This document shows, in pieces, positions 18,809-28,458 of a stretch of DNA of 64,000 nt. The DNA is from Synechococcus sp. GTDB taxonomy: Bacteria; Cyanobacteriota; Cyanobacteriia; PCC-6307; Cyanobiaceae. Where the stretch lies: NCBI GenBank assembly GCA_047284725.1, contig JBJBEO010000001.1, positions 2,360,203-2,424,202 on the forward strand, in the 5' to 3' direction. Below the pieces are notes generated by a model that made no database searches, had not been told where the DNA came from, and worked only from the letters and a program-made list of their open reading frames with translations. A program made the position numbers and the translations under genes. Position 1 is the stretch's first letter. Each line of letters begins with the position of its first letter.

Positions 18809-19764
18809 GGCAAAAAGTCAGCAGAAATCTGCGGGGACGGCGCCTTGTCTCGATGCAAATTCAAGCCCCTCATCAATTGCGATACGGAATCAACATTCTC
18901 AGAAAGTTCACCTCGAGGCGCCAGCATCTTGCGCTGATGATCCACCTGCAAAGCAAAGAACATCCCAGACAATGCGTCTTTAAATTCGTCGGGTGTCAAA
19001 CCTTGGCTTGAAGCCATGATAGGAATAGCAGAAGAAGCAGCATTGGATGCATACGCATGCGCCTTGAACCAGCCAGCCACAATCAAAGAAATATCCTTCT
19101 TACGCGACGCATAAACGGATGGAGACACGGCCAGAACATCCAGAATCTGGCCAGGAATTTTTGAGCTGTCGAAGATTGTTCTGCCGCCGTAGGCCCGTAT
19201 TTGCTCACTATTCGGGGGATACAAGACGGCAGCATCAACAACGTCGCTGAAAATCGCCTCTGGCATCTCAGAAACCAGCATCGGCACAATGCTGAGATCG
19301 TCGATTGTCAAGTCGCTTGTCTCCAAGGCCTTATGCAAGACATAGGGTCCAAATGAGTTTGGCGCAACAGCAACCTTTGCACCAGCAAGTTCATCAATCC
19401 CACCCAACTTCAGGGACATAATCTGATCCCCCCCAAGCGATTCATTCAAGACCAAGACAATGACAGGGCACTGAGCAGGCCGCTTCGAGCAAATATCAAG
19501 AACATCAACAGTTGTGAGCTGAACAACATCAAGCTCCCCTCGCAGATAAGCTCTTACCACCTCAGACTGATCAGTGAGCGAGACAATTTCGGCATTAGAA
19601 ATGAAACCCTTCGCTACTGCCAGGTTGATAAATTCGTAACCAGGCCACTCCGAAAGCGAAATTTTTAATCGCCCGGATGGCCAAGGATTACAGGCCACGA
19701 GCGGCAGACACAGTGCCAACAACGTCCAAATTGTTGGGGAGAAGCGCTTGATTCGAAACAACAT
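18805..19764 (-). CDS. NMT1/SsuA-type solute-binding lipoprotein (no transporter genes nearby)
   Basis: Lipobox-like LVAC, WPGYE, ESLGGDQI and DSSKIPGQILDVL typical of this binding-protein class. Its stop overlaps the DGC start (ATGA). Confidence 0.8.
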   Translation of the reverse strand: MLFRIKRFSPTIWTLLALCLPLVACNPWPSGRLKISLSEWPGYEFINLAVAKGFISNAEIVSLTDQSEVVRAYLRGELDVVQLTTVDVLDICSKRPAQCPVIVLVLNESLGGDQIMSLKLGGIDELAGAKVAVAPNSFGPYVLHKALETSDLTIDDLSIVPMLVSEMPEAIFSDVVDAAVLYPPNSEQIRAYGGRTIFDSSKIPGQILDVLAVSPSVYASRKKDISLIVAGWFKAHAYASNAASSAIPIMASSQGLTPDEFKDALSGMFFALQVDHQRKMLAPRGELSENVDSVSQLMRGLNLHRDKAPSPQISADFLP

Positions 19765-20048
19765 GTCGCACGCAATCTCACTTCTCACGCTAGAGACTCC
19801 TTGATCAGCAGTCGACACTCTCAGGAAATTTCAAGATCAAACATCCCGTGGTGAGAATTCACTGAGGCTGTCGACGCCACAAGCAAGCCTGGCGAAGTCT
19901 CACGTCGCACACCGTTGAAGCCCATGGTCTTCGAGCCGAGCCACCTCCCCTCTGATCAGGGAGATGCGCCGATCATGATCAGCATCAGCGGCGCTGGAGA
20001 GACGGCGCTCTGTCTGCAAATCTGATCAGGTCTCTTCAGGCCATCGTG

Positions 20049-21317
20049 ATGTCCTGGCACCCCCATCTCTGGCACCCCACCACCCAGGTGGCACTGCACC
20101 CGGAACCCCTTCATGTGGCCAGTGCCAAAGGCGCGTCCCTGCATCTGAAGGATGGGCGGGTGCTGATCGATGCGATCAGCAGCTGGTGGGTGACTCTGCA
20201 CGGCCACGCCGAAGCCAGCATCGCCGAAGCGATCGGGCGCCAGGCCCTCACCCTGGAGCAGGTGATCTTCGCCAACTTCAACCACACGCCCGCTGAGCAA
20301 CTCGCCGACCGACTGGCGGAACGCACCAAGCTCGAACGACTCTTCTTTTCCGATAACGGGTCCACGGCGGTGGAAGTGGCCCTGAAAATCGCCTGGCAGT
20401 GGTGGCGTAATCAGGGCAGTGATCGGCGGCGTCTGATCGCATTCGAAGGTGCTTATCACGGCGACACATTCGGTGCGATGGCCCTTGGTGATCGATCAAT
20501 CTTCACCGCGCCCTATGACGAACTCCTGTTCGATGTGGCCCGCGTGAGCTGGCCCCACACGCACTGGGGCGATCCAAACGTGGAGGAGAAGGAAACCAAA
20601 GCACTGCGTGAGCTTGACGCAGCACTGGCCACGCCAACAGCGGCGGTGATCCTTGAACCCCTGATCCAGGGAGCATCGGGGATGCGCATGGTGCGGCCCG
20701 ACTTTCTGCGAGCCGTGCAGGAGCGCGTTCACGCCAACGGAGGCCTGCTGATCGCTGACGAAGTGATGACGGGATTCGGTCGCACAGGCTCACTGTTCGC
20801 CTGTCAGCAGGCCGGCCTGCAACCCGATCTGATGGCGCTATCCAAAGGGCTGACGGGTGGCTTCCTGCCCATGGGGGTCACGATGGCAAGCGAGCGGCTC
20901 TACCAAGGCTTCATCAGCGAAGAACCTGTCAAAACGTTCTTCCATGGCCATAGTTTCACCGCCAATCCCCTTGGCTGCACTGCAGCGCTGGCGAGTCTCA
21001 CGTTGCTGGAACGGAACCCCACACGCTTCACCGAATTCGAAGCACGCCACACCAAACATCTCGAGCCCATTGCAGACCTGCAGACAGTGAAAGAGGTTCG
21101 CTGTCTGGGCACCATGGCCGCCTTTGAAATAGACAACGGCAGCACGAATTACCTCAACCCAATTGGCCGAGACTTACAGAAACGATGCCTGGAGCAAGGG
21201 GTCTACATCCGTCCTCTCGGCAATGTGGTGTATCTGCTGCCACCGCTCTGCATCAGCGACCAGGAATTGCAGGCCTGTTACGAGGCAATCCACAAGAGCA
21301 TTGAAAGCCTCACATGA
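20049..21317 (+). CDS. bioA: Adenosylmethionine-8-amino-7-oxononanoate aminotransferase
   Basis: LWHPTTQ, DAISSWWVTLHGH, YHGDTFGAM, DEVMTGFGRTG, SKGLTGG and HGHSFTANP. Confidence 0.95.
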   Translation: MSWHPHLWHPTTQVALHPEPLHVASAKGASLHLKDGRVLIDAISSWWVTLHGHAEASIAEAIGRQALTLEQVIFANFNHTPAEQLADRLAERTKLERLFFSDNGSTAVEVALKIAWQWWRNQGSDRRRLIAFEGAYHGDTFGAMALGDRSIFTAPYDELLFDVARVSWPHTHWGDPNVEEKETKALRELDAALATPTAAVILEPLIQGASGMRMVRPDFLRAVQERVHANGGLLIADEVMTGFGRTGSLFACQQAGLQPDLMALSKGLTGGFLPMGVTMASERLYQGFISEEPVKTFFHGHSFTANPLGCTAALASLTLLERNPTRFTEFEARHTKHLEPIADLQTVKEVRCLGTMAAFEIDNGSTNYLNPIGRDLQKRCLEQGVYIRPLGNVVYLLPPLCISDQELQACYEAIHKSIESLT

Positions 21318-21499
21318 GGCATGAACCTCAGACAAGGCAATGACTGAGCCCAAGACCGAACCATTCAGACCAGGACAAAAAAAGGAGCACATCAAGCATC
21401 GCCTAGAAACAAACCCTTATCCGATTTTACAAAAGCCATAAATATTCTTTAAGACCAAGAAAGCCCAGCGGGTCCATCAATAAAATTGATTAAGTAGAC

Positions 21500-23893
21500 G
21501 TGCCCACAGCGAACAATAATCCGATGGGCTCATCAGATGTCAAAAGATACATAACAACTGCACGTCAGAACGTCCTGATATGGCTCAGCAGCAGGCGAAC
21601 AGCCGCAACCTTTGCCTCCTCTGCAGCAATTATCAGTGTCTTCACAATAGCGATTGGCAATTATTTCAGCCATCTCACCAATCAACGAATCATCTCGCAG
21701 CAGACCTCAAAGTTGCTCGTTAATCAAGGACTTCTTGTTGCCGAAGTCGAGAATGCCCACGGAGACCTGAAATTTGTCAACAGCACACTGTTTAAGGATA
21801 AGCACCCGAACACAATCACCCCATTCGAGATTTATCAACAACATGAAGACTATCTTAAAAACTTCATTGATTCACAAAGAAGCTATTTAAGCCTTGCCTG
21901 GCGAGAAAGCCCGATCAGTCGCACTGGACAACTGCTGCGCAGGGAAGAAACCAACACCCAAACAGGACAAAACAGTCGTGATCAAGACCAGTCACGCCTC
22001 ACCATCTTTCAACCGGTCCATGCAGACGCAAGCCATCAGCAAGCGACAGGGCTGGAATTATCCCTTTCCATTGCAAAAATTTTGAATCCTCCCAGCAGCG
22101 AATTGCCTTACAAAAAACCACGCTGCTTTCTGATCCTGGATAACAATGGACTGACACGTTATGACTCACTCACAATTCATGATGGACACGATCAGAATCA
22201 TCCCACGCTCAGCACTTCAAACCAAGAAACCAAGCAAGTTGCGGAGCTGATCAATCAAACACCCGAAGGGTCATTCAAAAACCATTCAGGCTCATGGCAG
22301 TGGAAAACCATTCAGCTCAATGCAGGCATTGATGGCATCAATACCGCCGACAATCGCTGGAAACTGGTGAGCCATGTACCTCCGATTATTTTCCAAAATG
22401 CAACCAGGGGGCATTTACTGCCACTGGGGATTGGATCACTGATCATTTTTGGTCTGATTATTACACCGCTGAGCTTCTTCTCCAGTTTCATCAACAGCAA
22501 ACGCAAAAAACTTCTTGCAGAGCATGCTTGGCAAGCGTCACATGACAGCCTCACAGGCTGCATCAATCGTGGCTCAGGTCTGGACATTCTGGAAAGACAG
22601 CTCAACGAGTCAGAAGACCTCGAACAAATCAACGCACTCCTTTTCATTGATCTTGACCACCTCAGTCAAATCAACAACTCTTATGGGCACGCGATCGGCG
22701 ATAAGGCACTGACGAAAGTCAGCAAATGCATGCGGAAAAGTCTCCGCAACAACGACACGCTGATCCGCATGGGCGGAGATGAATTTATCGTTAGTCTCAA
22801 TAACATTGGCTCGACCAGCAATGCACAGAATGTTGCCGAAAAAATCCTGAATGCCTGCAACACCACGATTCCTCTCGACAAAACCGTTGTCCCTGTCAGC
22901 ATCAGCATTGGAATTGCCGTCACCGATCCAAAAAGCAAGATCAGCCATCAGAAAATTATCGAAACCGCGGATCTTGCCATGCTGAATGCCAAGCAAAAGG
23001 GGCGAAATCAGGTCACACTGATTGACCTGAAAACACAGCAAGCCAACACAAAAACGAGTTTGGCTCATCAGCAAGACACCAAAAAATCTCGGCAAAATTC
23101 ATTGAGCAAGGAACTAGAACATGCCCTCAAGAACAATGCTTTCCGTCTCTGCTATCAACCCATATTCACCAAAGACAAAGCCCTGTATGGTGCAGAAGCA
23201 CTCTTGCGGCTCACAACCTCTGACAATCAATCTATTTCGCCAAATATCTTTATCCCCATTGCAGAGCAGAATGGATTGATGCCTGCAATCGGGAGCTGGG
23301 TCGTCAAAACAGCCTTTGAACAAGTCAGACAATGGAATCAAGAGGGCTGCAAAATACCCATCATTTCAATCAATTTATCCACAACTCAACTTGACAATGA
23401 AACCGTCGGCGAAAACGGGAAAATCACACAGATTGTGTCATCCTGCCTAGCGGACAAGAAGCTATCTCCAGAAAATTTCAAATTCGAAATCACTGAAACA
23501 ACAACACTCAGTACTCAAAGTGATGCCCTTGATGAGCTTCGCAGCCTGTCCAGCATGGGCTTCAAAATCTCAATCGATGACTTCGGAGCGGGCTTTGCCT
23601 CATTGGAGCGCCTCCGGGGTTTTCCCGCGGATCAGATCAAGCTCGACAAGGAATTCACCAAGAATGTTGTCATAAGCGACATCGACAGCAGTCTCGTCAA
23701 AGCCGTGACCCATCTGGCCAAAGATTTGAACATGGAGCTGGTGGCAGAAGGTGTCGAAAGCCTGGAGCAATTTCATCACCTACGCGATCTAGGCTGCGAT
23801 TTATTTCAAGGATACCTATTCGAAAAGCCAATCTCAGCCACTCAATTTGCCGACAAGTATTTACGCAACACGCAACAAAATACCAACTCCTGA
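21500..23893 (+). CDS. Membrane GGDEF-EAL protein (c-di-GMP cyclase/phosphodiesterase)
   Basis: Two TM segments around an extracytoplasmic domain; HDSLTG, RMGGDEF, AEALLR, DDFGAG, KLDK, AEGVE and QGYLF. Confidence 0.93.
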   Translation: MPTANNNPMGSSDVKRYITTARQNVLIWLSSRRTAATFASSAAIISVFTIAIGNYFSHLTNQRIISQQTSKLLVNQGLLVAEVENAHGDLKFVNSTLFKDKHPNTITPFEIYQQHEDYLKNFIDSQRSYLSLAWRESPISRTGQLLRREETNTQTGQNSRDQDQSRLTIFQPVHADASHQQATGLELSLSIAKILNPPSSELPYKKPRCFLILDNNGLTRYDSLTIHDGHDQNHPTLSTSNQETKQVAELINQTPEGSFKNHSGSWQWKTIQLNAGIDGINTADNRWKLVSHVPPIIFQNATRGHLLPLGIGSLIIFGLIITPLSFFSSFINSKRKKLLAEHAWQASHDSLTGCINRGSGLDILERQLNESEDLEQINALLFIDLDHLSQINNSYGHAIGDKALTKVSKCMRKSLRNNDTLIRMGGDEFIVSLNNIGSTSNAQNVAEKILNACNTTIPLDKTVVPVSISIGIAVTDPKSKISHQKIIETADLAMLNAKQKGRNQVTLIDLKTQQANTKTSLAHQQDTKKSRQNSLSKELEHALKNNAFRLCYQPIFTKDKALYGAEALLRLTTSDNQSISPNIFIPIAEQNGLMPAIGSWVVKTAFEQVRQWNQEGCKIPIISINLSTTQLDNETVGENGKITQIVSSCLADKKLSPENFKFEITETTTLSTQSDALDELRSLSSMGFKISIDDFGAGFASLERLRGFPADQIKLDKEFTKNVVISDIDSSLVKAVTHLAKDLNMELVAEGVESLEQFHHLRDLGCDLFQGYLFEKPISATQFADKYLRNTQQNTNS

Positions 23894-24026
23894 TCAACAG
23901 TTCCCCTCATTCAAGCAGTCGTCGCGGCCAGCACGCATCGAACGTGGGCTTTTCAATCGCAACGTTTCAATCGCAAGGGGGCCAACACAGCAGCAGCCAT
24001 CTGCAAACCAGAGTATTTGATCTAAG

Positions 24027-25175
24027 ATGACAAAAAAGAGAATGCTGTTCCAACGTGGTCTGGGGCTTTCCCTGCTTCCCATCACGCTCGCCATCAGCAG
24101 TTGCGCCCGAACGCCCCAAGCAACCGCTTTTCCTTCGGTCAACACAGCCAAAGTTGACTTACGAACATTTCAGCCGACGATCGAGACAATCAGCGTTCTC
24201 GAATCCACCAGCAATGTGGCCATCAAGCCGGAAAGCGACGGCAGGGTGATCAAGATTGTGGCCCGTGAAGGCCAACGGGTCAACGCTGGCGACACCATCC
24301 TGGTGCTGGATGACGTGCAGCAGCGCGCGGCTCTGAATGCAGCGAAGGCGCAGGCCCACACGGATCGGCTGAATGCCGAGCGCTATGAGTTTCTCTACTC
24401 GCAAGGGGCGACTTCAGCGAAGGAGCGAGATCGCTACCGCACCCAGGCCATTGCCTCACAGGACCAGGCCGTCGCCTCTGCAGCAACCCTCGGGTACAAA
24501 ACCGTGCGCTCTCCGATCGATGGAGTGATCGGCAGCCTGGACACCGTGAAGCTTGGCGACTATGTGACCACCGGGCAGGCGATCACGGGAATCGTCAACA
24601 ACGCCACGCTCTGGACCCTGATGCAGATCCCCGCCTCCCAGGCTGGATCCGTGCGGACTGGACAGCCCGTGACTGTGACCTCCCAAACCGACCCTCCCAT
24701 CAGCGGCAGTGGATCCGTGAGTTTCATCGCCCCCTATTTCGGTACACCGGGTACAACCAACGCCCCCAACACCGTGATGGTGAAGGCGACCTTCCCCAAT
24801 CTCACTGGAACGCTCAAAACCGGTCAGTACGTCAAGAGTGAAATCATCACCGGCACGAGCGAGCGCCTGGCGGTGCCGGTGCAGGCGGTGTTCATGCAGG
24901 CGGAACAACCTTTTGTCTTCCTCGTTGTGCCCCTGAAGAACGTGCTGAACCAGATCAAGGCCTCAACCACCATTCCCGAGACAACCAAACAGAAGCTGGA
25001 GCAGCTGCCCAACACCACACCGATCGCTGTGGAGCGGGCTGTTGACCTCGGACCTCTTCAGAACAATGTCTACGCCGTCAACAGCGGCCTGAAGGCCGGG
25101 GATGTCGTGGTGTCGAGCAACACGGCACTGCTGCGGAACGGCACGCCGGTGCGGCCGGCCGGAGGAGGCAACTGA
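24027..25175 (+). CDS. RND efflux periplasmic adaptor (AcrA/MFP family)
   Basis: Lipoprotein-like N-terminus (ISSC), lipoyl-like halves (GRVIKI...EGQRV; VRSPIDGVIG); directly upstream of the RND permease. Confidence 0.9.
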   Translation: MTKKRMLFQRGLGLSLLPITLAISSCARTPQATAFPSVNTAKVDLRTFQPTIETISVLESTSNVAIKPESDGRVIKIVAREGQRVNAGDTILVLDDVQQRAALNAAKAQAHTDRLNAERYEFLYSQGATSAKERDRYRTQAIASQDQAVASAATLGYKTVRSPIDGVIGSLDTVKLGDYVTTGQAITGIVNNATLWTLMQIPASQAGSVRTGQPVTVTSQTDPPISGSGSVSFIAPYFGTPGTTNAPNTVMVKATFPNLTGTLKTGQYVKSEIITGTSERLAVPVQAVFMQAEQPFVFLVVPLKNVLNQIKASTTIPETTKQKLEQLPNTTPIAVERAVDLGPLQNNVYAVNSGLKAGDVVVSSNTALLRNGTPVRPAGGGN

Positions 25176-25179
25176 GCCG

Positions 25180-28100
25180 GTGGCGTTCTCCGACAGGTTC
25201 ATCAAACGACCGGTCCTTACGACCGTTTGCAGCATTCTGATTGTGCTGATCGGTGTGCTGGCGATCCCAACCCTGCCGATCGCCAGCCTCCCCAACATCG
25301 CGCCGCCGCTGATTCAGGTGACCGCCAGTTACGGCGGGGCCAACTCCCTGGTGACCGAACAGGCCGTCACCAACCCGCTGGAGCAGCAGATCAACGGCGT
25401 TCCGGGCGCGAATTACATCGCCTCCACCAGCAACATGGAAGGCCAGAGCATCATCTCGGTCTACTTCGACGACACGACCGACATCGGCATCGATCAGGTG
25501 AACGTGCAGAACCGCGTGTCGCTGGCGATGCCGCAGCTGCCTTCCCAGGTGTCCGCCACCGGTGTCTCCGTGAAGCAGAGCACACCCTCGATCCTGCTGG
25601 CTTATCAGGTGTCCTCCACGGAGGGTCAATTCGATGCCGCCTATCTCAACGGCCTCGTCTACGAAAATCTCTACTACCAGTTGGGACGAGTCCCGGGGGT
25701 CGCCAACGTCAACATCCTCGGAGGTTCCAACCCCGCCTTCTGGCTCCAGGTGGATCCGGCCCGACTGGCCGCGAACCAGCTCACCGCCACGGATGTAGTG
25801 ACAGCGGTGCAGTCCCAGAACAGCACCGCCATCGGCGGACTGGTGGGAGGCCCGCCTGCATCAGGCGATCAGCTCTACACCTATCCGGTGCTGGTCGAGA
25901 ACAACGGCAACCTCACCAGTCTCAACGACTTCCGCAATCTGATCGTGGGGCGCACGCCGGAAGGAAGCCTGCTGAGACTGCGCGATGTGGGTGATGTGCA
26001 GTACGGATTCAACAACTACACAACGTCGGCGATCGACACCGACGGCCACCCGATCATCACGGTGGCGGTGTTCCAGACACCGGACAGCAATGCGCTGGAT
26101 GTCTCCAATGCCTCGATGGCCCTGATCGACGCCTTTGCCGCCACCGTGCCCCCCGGGGTCACGGTGAATCAGATTTACAACATCGGTCAGTTCATCGAGT
26201 CGTCGGTTGAGGGTGTCGTCGATGCCCTGGGACTGGCGATCGTGCTGGTGCTGCTGATCCTGTTTCTGTTTCTGCAGAACTGGCGCGCCACCATCGTTCC
26301 GAGCCTGGCGATTCCGATCTCCCTGATCGGCACCTTCGCCTTCATCAAGGTGTTCGGCTTTTCAATCAATCAGCTCACCCTGCTGGGCCTGGTGCTGGCC
26401 ACGGGGCTGGTGGTCGACGACGCCATCGTGGTGATTGAGGCGGTCTCGACAAACATCGAAGCCGGAATGCGGCCGCGAGCGGCAGCCCTGGCCTGCATGG
26501 GTGAACTGTTCGGTGCCCTGGTGGCCACCGCCCTAGTGCTGATGGCGGTGTTCGTTCCCGTGGCCTTCTATCCGGGCGGAATCGGCATCATCTACCGCCA
26601 GTTCGCCCTCACGATCGCCTTCTCGATCGCGATTTCGGCGTTCAACGCCCTGACGTTCTCCCCGATGCTCTCGGGCCTGCTGCTGCGCAGCGACCCTGCC
26701 AAGGAACCCCGCGGCCCGATCTGGATCGCGGCCGGCGTGGTCGTGGGACTGGCCTTCGGCCGCTTCAGCGCCGCAGCCTTCGGCAGCTGGACCTACGTGC
26801 TCGGTGTGGTGGTCGGCGCCCTGGCCGGCGCCAACCTGCCGCTGATCTTCAACCGTTTCAACGCTTTCTTCGCCCAGCTGCAGACGCGGTACGTCCGTCT
26901 GGTGCAGACCCTGATCCAGGCCCGTCGGTGGGTGATGGTGGGCCTGGGATCGGGCCTGGTGATCACCGCACTCGCTTTCACCAGCGTGCCCTCCGGTTTC
27001 ATCCCCGAGGAGGACCAGGGCTATCTGGCCGGGATCTATCAACTCCAGAACGGAGCCTCGCTGAGCGCGAGTGAAGCCATGGCCAAAACGATCGCGGCGA
27101 TCATCCAGGAAGAGCCCGACGTGGGCGAAGCCTCGATCATCAGCGGCTACGGCTTCAATGGCTCCAGTCCTGACCAGGGCACGATCCTGATCGGCCTGAA
27201 ACCTCTGGAGGAACGCAAGGGTTCCACCAACAGCTCGTTTGCGATCGCCAAGCGCCTCAACGCCAAACTGACGACGCTCAGTGAGGGATTCGCCAAGGTG
27301 GGGCAGCCCCCGGCCGTTCCCGGCTTCTCGGCCCAGGGGGGCTTCTATTTCCAGTTCAACGATCACAGCAACGGGGCCTACAGCTTCAACCAGCTCAATC
27401 AGCTGGCGCAAACGCTGATCAGCAAGGGCCGCAGCAGTGGCGACTTCGCCTCCCTGTACACCCAGTTCATTCCCAGTGCGCCTGCCGTTGGCCTCTCGAT
27501 CAACCGCGAGCTGATGGAAGCGCTCGATGTCGACTATCAGGAGGCGATGACCACCATCGCCACCCTGGCGGGCAGCAAGTACACGGGACTGACCTATGAG
27601 GCCGGGCAGGTGCGCAACGTGTACGTGCAATCCAGCGCCGAACAGCGCAGTCGGATCGACGACATCCTCAGCTACTACGTGCGCGCGCGCGACGGCTCCC
27701 TGGTGCAGGTGTCGCAATTCGCCCGGAACAGTCTGAGCAGTGCACCGCCGGTGATCAGTCACTACAACCTGGATCGCACCGTGCTGGTGCAGGGCGCCCA
27801 GGCCGCGGGCACCAGTTCCGGTGAGGCCCTCAGTGCCATCCAGCGTCTGTTTGACGCCCAGAACTTCAACAACATCGGCTCTGCCTTCACCGGGCTGGCG
27901 GCGCTGCAGCTGTCTGCCGGCAACGCCAGCCTGCTGGTGTTCGGCTTCGGGGTTCTGGTGGTGTACCTGGTGCTGTCGGCCCAATACGAGAGCTACATCA
28001 CGCCGGTGATTATTCTGATGACCGTGCCCCTGGCGATGCTCGGAGCCCTGGCCTTTCTGGCCCTGCGCTCGATCGACCTCAACATCTACGCCCAGGTGGG

Positions 28101-28458
28101 ACTGGTCACCCTGATCGGGCTCGCAGCCAAAAACGGCATCCTGATCGTCGAAGTGGCAGAACAGCACCTGAGCGAAGGGATGACGGCCCAAGAGGCCGTG
28201 ATGGCGTCAGCCGAATCGCGTCTGCGACCGATCCTGATGACGGCAATTGCCGCACTGGCCGGCTTCCTTCCCCTGGTGGTCGCCAACGGTGCCGGGGCAC
28301 AGAGCCAGCAGGCGCTGGGTAGCGTGATCTTCGGTGGCCTGGTGGTGGCAACGGTGTTGTCACTGGGCGTGGTTCCCCCCTTCTACATAACGATCAAAGC
28401 CCTTGAAACACGGTGGTTCAACAGCCAAGACCAGGGCAGCCTCGACCATGCAGACTGA
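25180..28458 (+). CDS. RND efflux permease (AcrB/HAE1 family)
   Basis: FIKRPV start, GLVVDDAIVVIE, AKNGILIVE and SRLRPILMT; about 1090 aa from GTG at 25180. Confidence 0.96.
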   Translation: MAFSDRFIKRPVLTTVCSILIVLIGVLAIPTLPIASLPNIAPPLIQVTASYGGANSLVTEQAVTNPLEQQINGVPGANYIASTSNMEGQSIISVYFDDTTDIGIDQVNVQNRVSLAMPQLPSQVSATGVSVKQSTPSILLAYQVSSTEGQFDAAYLNGLVYENLYYQLGRVPGVANVNILGGSNPAFWLQVDPARLAANQLTATDVVTAVQSQNSTAIGGLVGGPPASGDQLYTYPVLVENNGNLTSLNDFRNLIVGRTPEGSLLRLRDVGDVQYGFNNYTTSAIDTDGHPIITVAVFQTPDSNALDVSNASMALIDAFAATVPPGVTVNQIYNIGQFIESSVEGVVDALGLAIVLVLLILFLFLQNWRATIVPSLAIPISLIGTFAFIKVFGFSINQLTLLGLVLATGLVVDDAIVVIEAVSTNIEAGMRPRAAALACMGELFGALVATALVLMAVFVPVAFYPGGIGIIYRQFALTIAFSIAISAFNALTFSPMLSGLLLRSDPAKEPRGPIWIAAGVVVGLAFGRFSAAAFGSWTYVLGVVVGALAGANLPLIFNRFNAFFAQLQTRYVRLVQTLIQARRWVMVGLGSGLVITALAFTSVPSGFIPEEDQGYLAGIYQLQNGASLSASEAMAKTIAAIIQEEPDVGEASIISGYGFNGSSPDQGTILIGLKPLEERKGSTNSSFAIAKRLNAKLTTLSEGFAKVGQPPAVPGFSAQGGFYFQFNDHSNGAYSFNQLNQLAQTLISKGRSSGDFASLYTQFIPSAPAVGLSINRELMEALDVDYQEAMTTIATLAGSKYTGLTYEAGQVRNVYVQSSAEQRSRIDDILSYYVRARDGSLVQVSQFARNSLSSAPPVISHYNLDRTVLVQGAQAAGTSSGEALSAIQRLFDAQNFNNIGSAFTGLAALQLSAGNASLLVFGFGVLVVYLVLSAQYESYITPVIILMTVPLAMLGALAFLALRSIDLNIYAQVGLVTLIGLAAKNGILIVEVAEQHLSEGMTAQEAVMASAESRLRPILMTAIAALAGFLPLVVANGAGAQSQQALGSVIFGGLVVATVLSLGVVPPFYITIKALETRWFNSQDQGSLDHAD

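Noticed and set aside
19820..20045. Short inverted repeats and a GGAGAGAC word between the binding-protein gene and bioA (possible glycine or c-di-GMP riboswitch)
   Set aside because: The remaining consensus elements of those aptamers were not found by eye; an Infernal/Rfam scan would settle it.
26533..28191. 552-aa minus-strand ORF
   Set aside because: Lies antisense within the RND permease gene; H/Q/G-rich composition typical of GC-rich shadow frames.
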